Part shown: positions 61,343 to 64,000 of the stretch, in pieces
How positions within the stretch are numbered: the stretch's first letter is position 1
Layout: every line of letters starts with the position of its first letter
DNA from: Promethearchaeota archaeon
GTDB lineage: Archaea; Asgardarchaeota; Lokiarchaeia; Sigyniarchaeales; SOKP01
Length of the DNA: 64,000 nt
Assembly: GCA_048940925.1 (NCBI GenBank)
Contig: JBHLOC010000019.1
Coordinates: 1 to 64,000 of the forward strand
Direction: 5' to 3'
The notes under the pieces: model-generated
What the model was told of the DNA's origin: nothing
Database searches by the model: none
Seen by the model: the letters and a program-made list of their open reading frames with translations, nothing else
Made by a program: the position numbers and the translations under genes

Positions 61343-61474
61343 GTGAAAATTGGAGCTAAACGTGTTATAGATGCAGGGTTCGTAATAGGAATAGTCTCCT
61401 CTGTGATCGGAGGAGTAGCTGTAGTCTGTGCTGTTTCATATTACTATATGGAGAAACAGAAAACACTTGTGTGA
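61343..61474 (+). CDS. 43-aa single-TM peptide (not in ORF track)
   Basis: GTG start; MKIGAKRVIDAGFVIGIVSSVIGGVAVVCAVSYYYMEKQKTLV; GC-richer than its flanks. Confidence 0.5.
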   Translation: MKIGAKRVIDAGFVIGIVSSVIGGVAVVCAVSYYYMEKQKTLV

Positions 61475-61597
61475 AATTTAAAATAATTATAAATCCTTCT
61501 TTTTAAATTCTTACAAAAGCAAAATTAAAAAGATTTTATACTAATTATCATTTATATCTAATTCTAAAAGAAAAAGAAGTTATCATAGTGGAATAAA

Positions 61598-63526
61598 ATG
61601 GGAAAAACTCTTACTGAAAAAATATTAGAAAAACACTTGATTGAAGGTACAATAGAAAAAGGGACAGATATAGCGATCAAGATTGACCAAACTCTCACAC
61701 AAGACGCTACAGGGACAATGACTTACCTACAATTTGAAGCAATAGGAATACCGAGAGTACAGACAGAATTATCTGTAAGTTATGTTGATCATAATACTTT
61801 ACAAACTGATTTTAAGAATCCTGATGATCATAGGTATCTACAAAGTATTGCTGCTAAATATGGACTTTATTTTTCACGTCCAGGCAATGGAATATGCCAT
61901 CAACTACACTTAGAACGCTTTGCAAGACCTGGAAAAACATTACTTGGTTCAGATAGCCATACTCCAACGGGTGGTGGTGTAGGGATGATAGCAATAGGAG
62001 CAGGAGGTCTTGATGTTGCAGCTGCGATGGCGGGAGAAACATTTAGACTAAAAATGCCTAAAGTAGTAAATGTATATTTGACAGGAAAATTACCGGACTT
62101 CGTATCCGCAAAAGATATTATATTAGAAGTTTTGAGGAGAATAGGTGTTAAAGGTGCTGTAAACAAAGTCTTGGAATATACAGGTCCAGGAATAAAAACT
62201 CTTACTGTTCCAGAAAGGGGAACAATTACAAATATGGGAACTGAAACTGGAGCAACAACCTCAATCTTTCCCTCAGATAATATTACAAAAGAGTTTTTAG
62301 AAGCTCAAGAGAGAGGAGATCAATGGATTCTCTTAGAGCCAGATGATGATGCTATATATGATGAAAAAATTGAGATTAATTTAAATGAATTGGAACCCCT
62401 TATTGCACTTCCACATAGTCCAGGAAATGTAAAAACTATCGAAGAAGTTAAGGGATTACAGGTAGATCAAGTCTGTATTGGAAGTTGTACAAATTCTTCT
62501 TTAAGAGACTTGAAAATAGTAGCAAATATTTTGAAAGGAAAAACTATTAATGAACATACCGTTCTAACTGTCTCACCAGGCTCTCGTCAGGTAGTAACTC
62601 ATATGGTTAAATCTGGGGAAATGGCATTTTTAGTCGAAGCAGGAGCCAGAATTCTTGAAAATGCTTGTGGTCCATGCATAGGTATGGGACTTGCTCCTAA
62701 AAGTGACGCAATATCATTACGAACTTTTAATAGGAACTTTCTCGGAAGAACAGGAACGAAAAGTGCCCAAGCATACCTCGTTAGTCCTGAAACTGCTGCA
62801 GTATCTGCTATTGAAGGGAAAATTACAGATCCAAGAAGCTTTGGAAAATTACCTCAAATTGAAATGCCTAAAAAATTCATAGTAAATGATAATATGATTA
62901 TACCACCATTATCTCCAGAAAAAGCAAATTTGATTACAATTGTTAGAGGTCCAAATATTAAACCTTTACCTGAATTTAAACCTTTACCCGATAAATTGGA
63001 AGGAGAAGTACTTCTTAAGGTTGAAGATGACATAACCACAGATCATATAATGCCAGCAGGAGCAAAAATTCTTCCTTTAAGATCTAATATCCCTGAGATT
63101 AGCAAATATGTTTTTAATGTTATTGATGATCGTTTCCATGACAGATCTTTGGAAAAGGGGGGTGGTTTTATAGTTGGAGGAGAGAATTATGGTCAAGGTT
63201 CCAGTAGAGAACATGCAGCAATAGCACCTAAATATTTGGGAATTAAAGCAGTTATAGTTAAATCATTCGCACGTATTCATTTAGCAAATCTTATCAACTT
63301 TGGAATTGTACCTCTAACTTTTGCTAACAAAAACGATTATGATAAAATCACGCAGGGAGATCGATTTGAAATTAATCTTAATACCTTGGAATCTGGTAAA
63401 GTAATATTAAAGATTTTAAATAAAAATTTAGAAATCCCTTTGACTCATTCTCTAAGTTCACAGGAAATTGAAGAATTAAAAGAAGGTGGAAAACTTACTT
63501 TAATTAAACAAAAACACAAAAAATAG
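61598..63526 (+). CDS. Aconitate hydratase (single-chain aconitase family)
   Basis: QDATG, DHN, GICH, GSDSHT, IGSCTN, CGPCIG, TFNRNF, TTDHI, GQGSSREHA. Confidence 0.95.
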   Translation: MGKTLTEKILEKHLIEGTIEKGTDIAIKIDQTLTQDATGTMTYLQFEAIGIPRVQTELSVSYVDHNTLQTDFKNPDDHRYLQSIAAKYGLYFSRPGNGICHQLHLERFARPGKTLLGSDSHTPTGGGVGMIAIGAGGLDVAAAMAGETFRLKMPKVVNVYLTGKLPDFVSAKDIILEVLRRIGVKGAVNKVLEYTGPGIKTLTVPERGTITNMGTETGATTSIFPSDNITKEFLEAQERGDQWILLEPDDDAIYDEKIEINLNELEPLIALPHSPGNVKTIEEVKGLQVDQVCIGSCTNSSLRDLKIVANILKGKTINEHTVLTVSPGSRQVVTHMVKSGEMAFLVEAGARILENACGPCIGMGLAPKSDAISLRTFNRNFLGRTGTKSAQAYLVSPETAAVSAIEGKITDPRSFGKLPQIEMPKKFIVNDNMIIPPLSPEKANLITIVRGPNIKPLPEFKPLPDKLEGEVLLKVEDDITTDHIMPAGAKILPLRSNIPEISKYVFNVIDDRFHDRSLEKGGGFIVGGENYGQGSSREHAAIAPKYLGIKAVIVKSFARIHLANLINFGIVPLTFANKNDYDKITQGDRFEINLNTLESGKVILKILNKNLEIPLTHSLSSQEIEELKEGGKLTLIKQKHKK

Positions 63527-63658
63527 ATTGGTATATTTTTTTTTTCTTTATTTATTACCTAATAATCTTAAATCCTTTAATTTAGTAATTATGTTGAACT
63601 TTGTATAATTAAGAATTTTTTAAAAATTACAAATAATAAACGTCATAAAGAAAGAAAA

Positions 63659-64000
63659 ATGCCAATAATTTCGATTGAAGTTGATGGAAAGATTAAAGCT
63701 CCTAAGATTGAACCCTCAAGTTGGATTTCAGAATCAGCATGGATAATCGGTGATGTTACGATGGGTTCTGAAAATGTTGTATATCAGGGAGTAATAATAC
63801 GAGGAGATTTTGCCAAAATTGAAATTGGAGATAAGAATGTCTTTCAAGATGTATGTATTATAAACACTGCTGAAGGATTTAAAACTAATATCGGTAACAA
63901 TAATTTAATAGGATTTGGAGCTATAGTTCACGGAGCGACTCTAAAAAACAACACTGTAATAGGCATCCGATCCGTGTTGATGATCAATACGATAGTTGAA
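63659..64000 (+). CDS. Gamma carbonic anhydrase-like (CaiE/PaaY) LbH protein, 3' end outside window
   Basis: MPIISIE..IIGDVTMG..IIRGD..IEIGDKNVFQD..IGFGAIVHGA. Confidence 0.85.
   Translation, partial: MPIISIEVDGKIKAPKIEPSSWISESAWIIGDVTMGSENVVYQGVIIRGDFAKIEIGDKNVFQDVCIINTAEGFKTNIGNNNLIGFGAIVHGATLKNNTVIGIRSVLMINTIVE

Noticed and set aside
1370-63039. Many short antisense or alternate-frame ORFs in the track (e.g. 2237-2446, 18869-19102, 25895-26209, 32555-32878, 36243-36617, 50409-50606, 53350-53748, 61900-62166)
   Set aside because: They overlap well-supported genes and have no recognisable motifs; treated as shadow ORFs.
1-64000. tRNA, rRNA, CRISPR arrays, IS transposases
   Set aside because: No GC-rich structured RNA segments, regularly spaced repeats or transposase motifs were recognised by eye.

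Overview
AT-rich archaeal chromosomal window, most likely from an Asgard archaeon (Lokiarchaeia). That assignment is inferred from the fwd and hdrB genes, a Loki-CTERM-like sorting tail, an SDS22-like LRR protein, a heliorhodopsin and eukaryote-like domains. The window holds about 60 genes: central metabolism (korAB, fwdGFDBC-fdhD, hdrB, gdhA, aconitase, class II RNR), tRNA and translation quality control (two AlaX, MtaB), transporters and several gene relics. Top finding: the DUF6125-like gene at 59603-60153 (-) is interrupted by a 29-nt insertion (60037-60065) that folds into a bulge-helix-bulge motif. Cleavage at the canonical sites restores the frame and gives W-L-A-I-D-G-T-W-F-Q, so it looks like an endonuclease-spliced intron in a protein-coding gene, and it lies directly downstream of a LAGLIDADG endonuclease gene. 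Other candidates are six membrane-anchored left-handed beta-helix genes resembling a split poly-amino-acid synthetase (Pls-type) terminal domain, a radical SAM/SPASM operon with two duplicated small membrane peptides, an RHH-regulated coiled-coil/acidic-peptide module, and several small ORFs missing from the ORF track. No rRNA, tRNA or CRISPR array was seen. All family assignments come from motif recognition by eye, not database searches.
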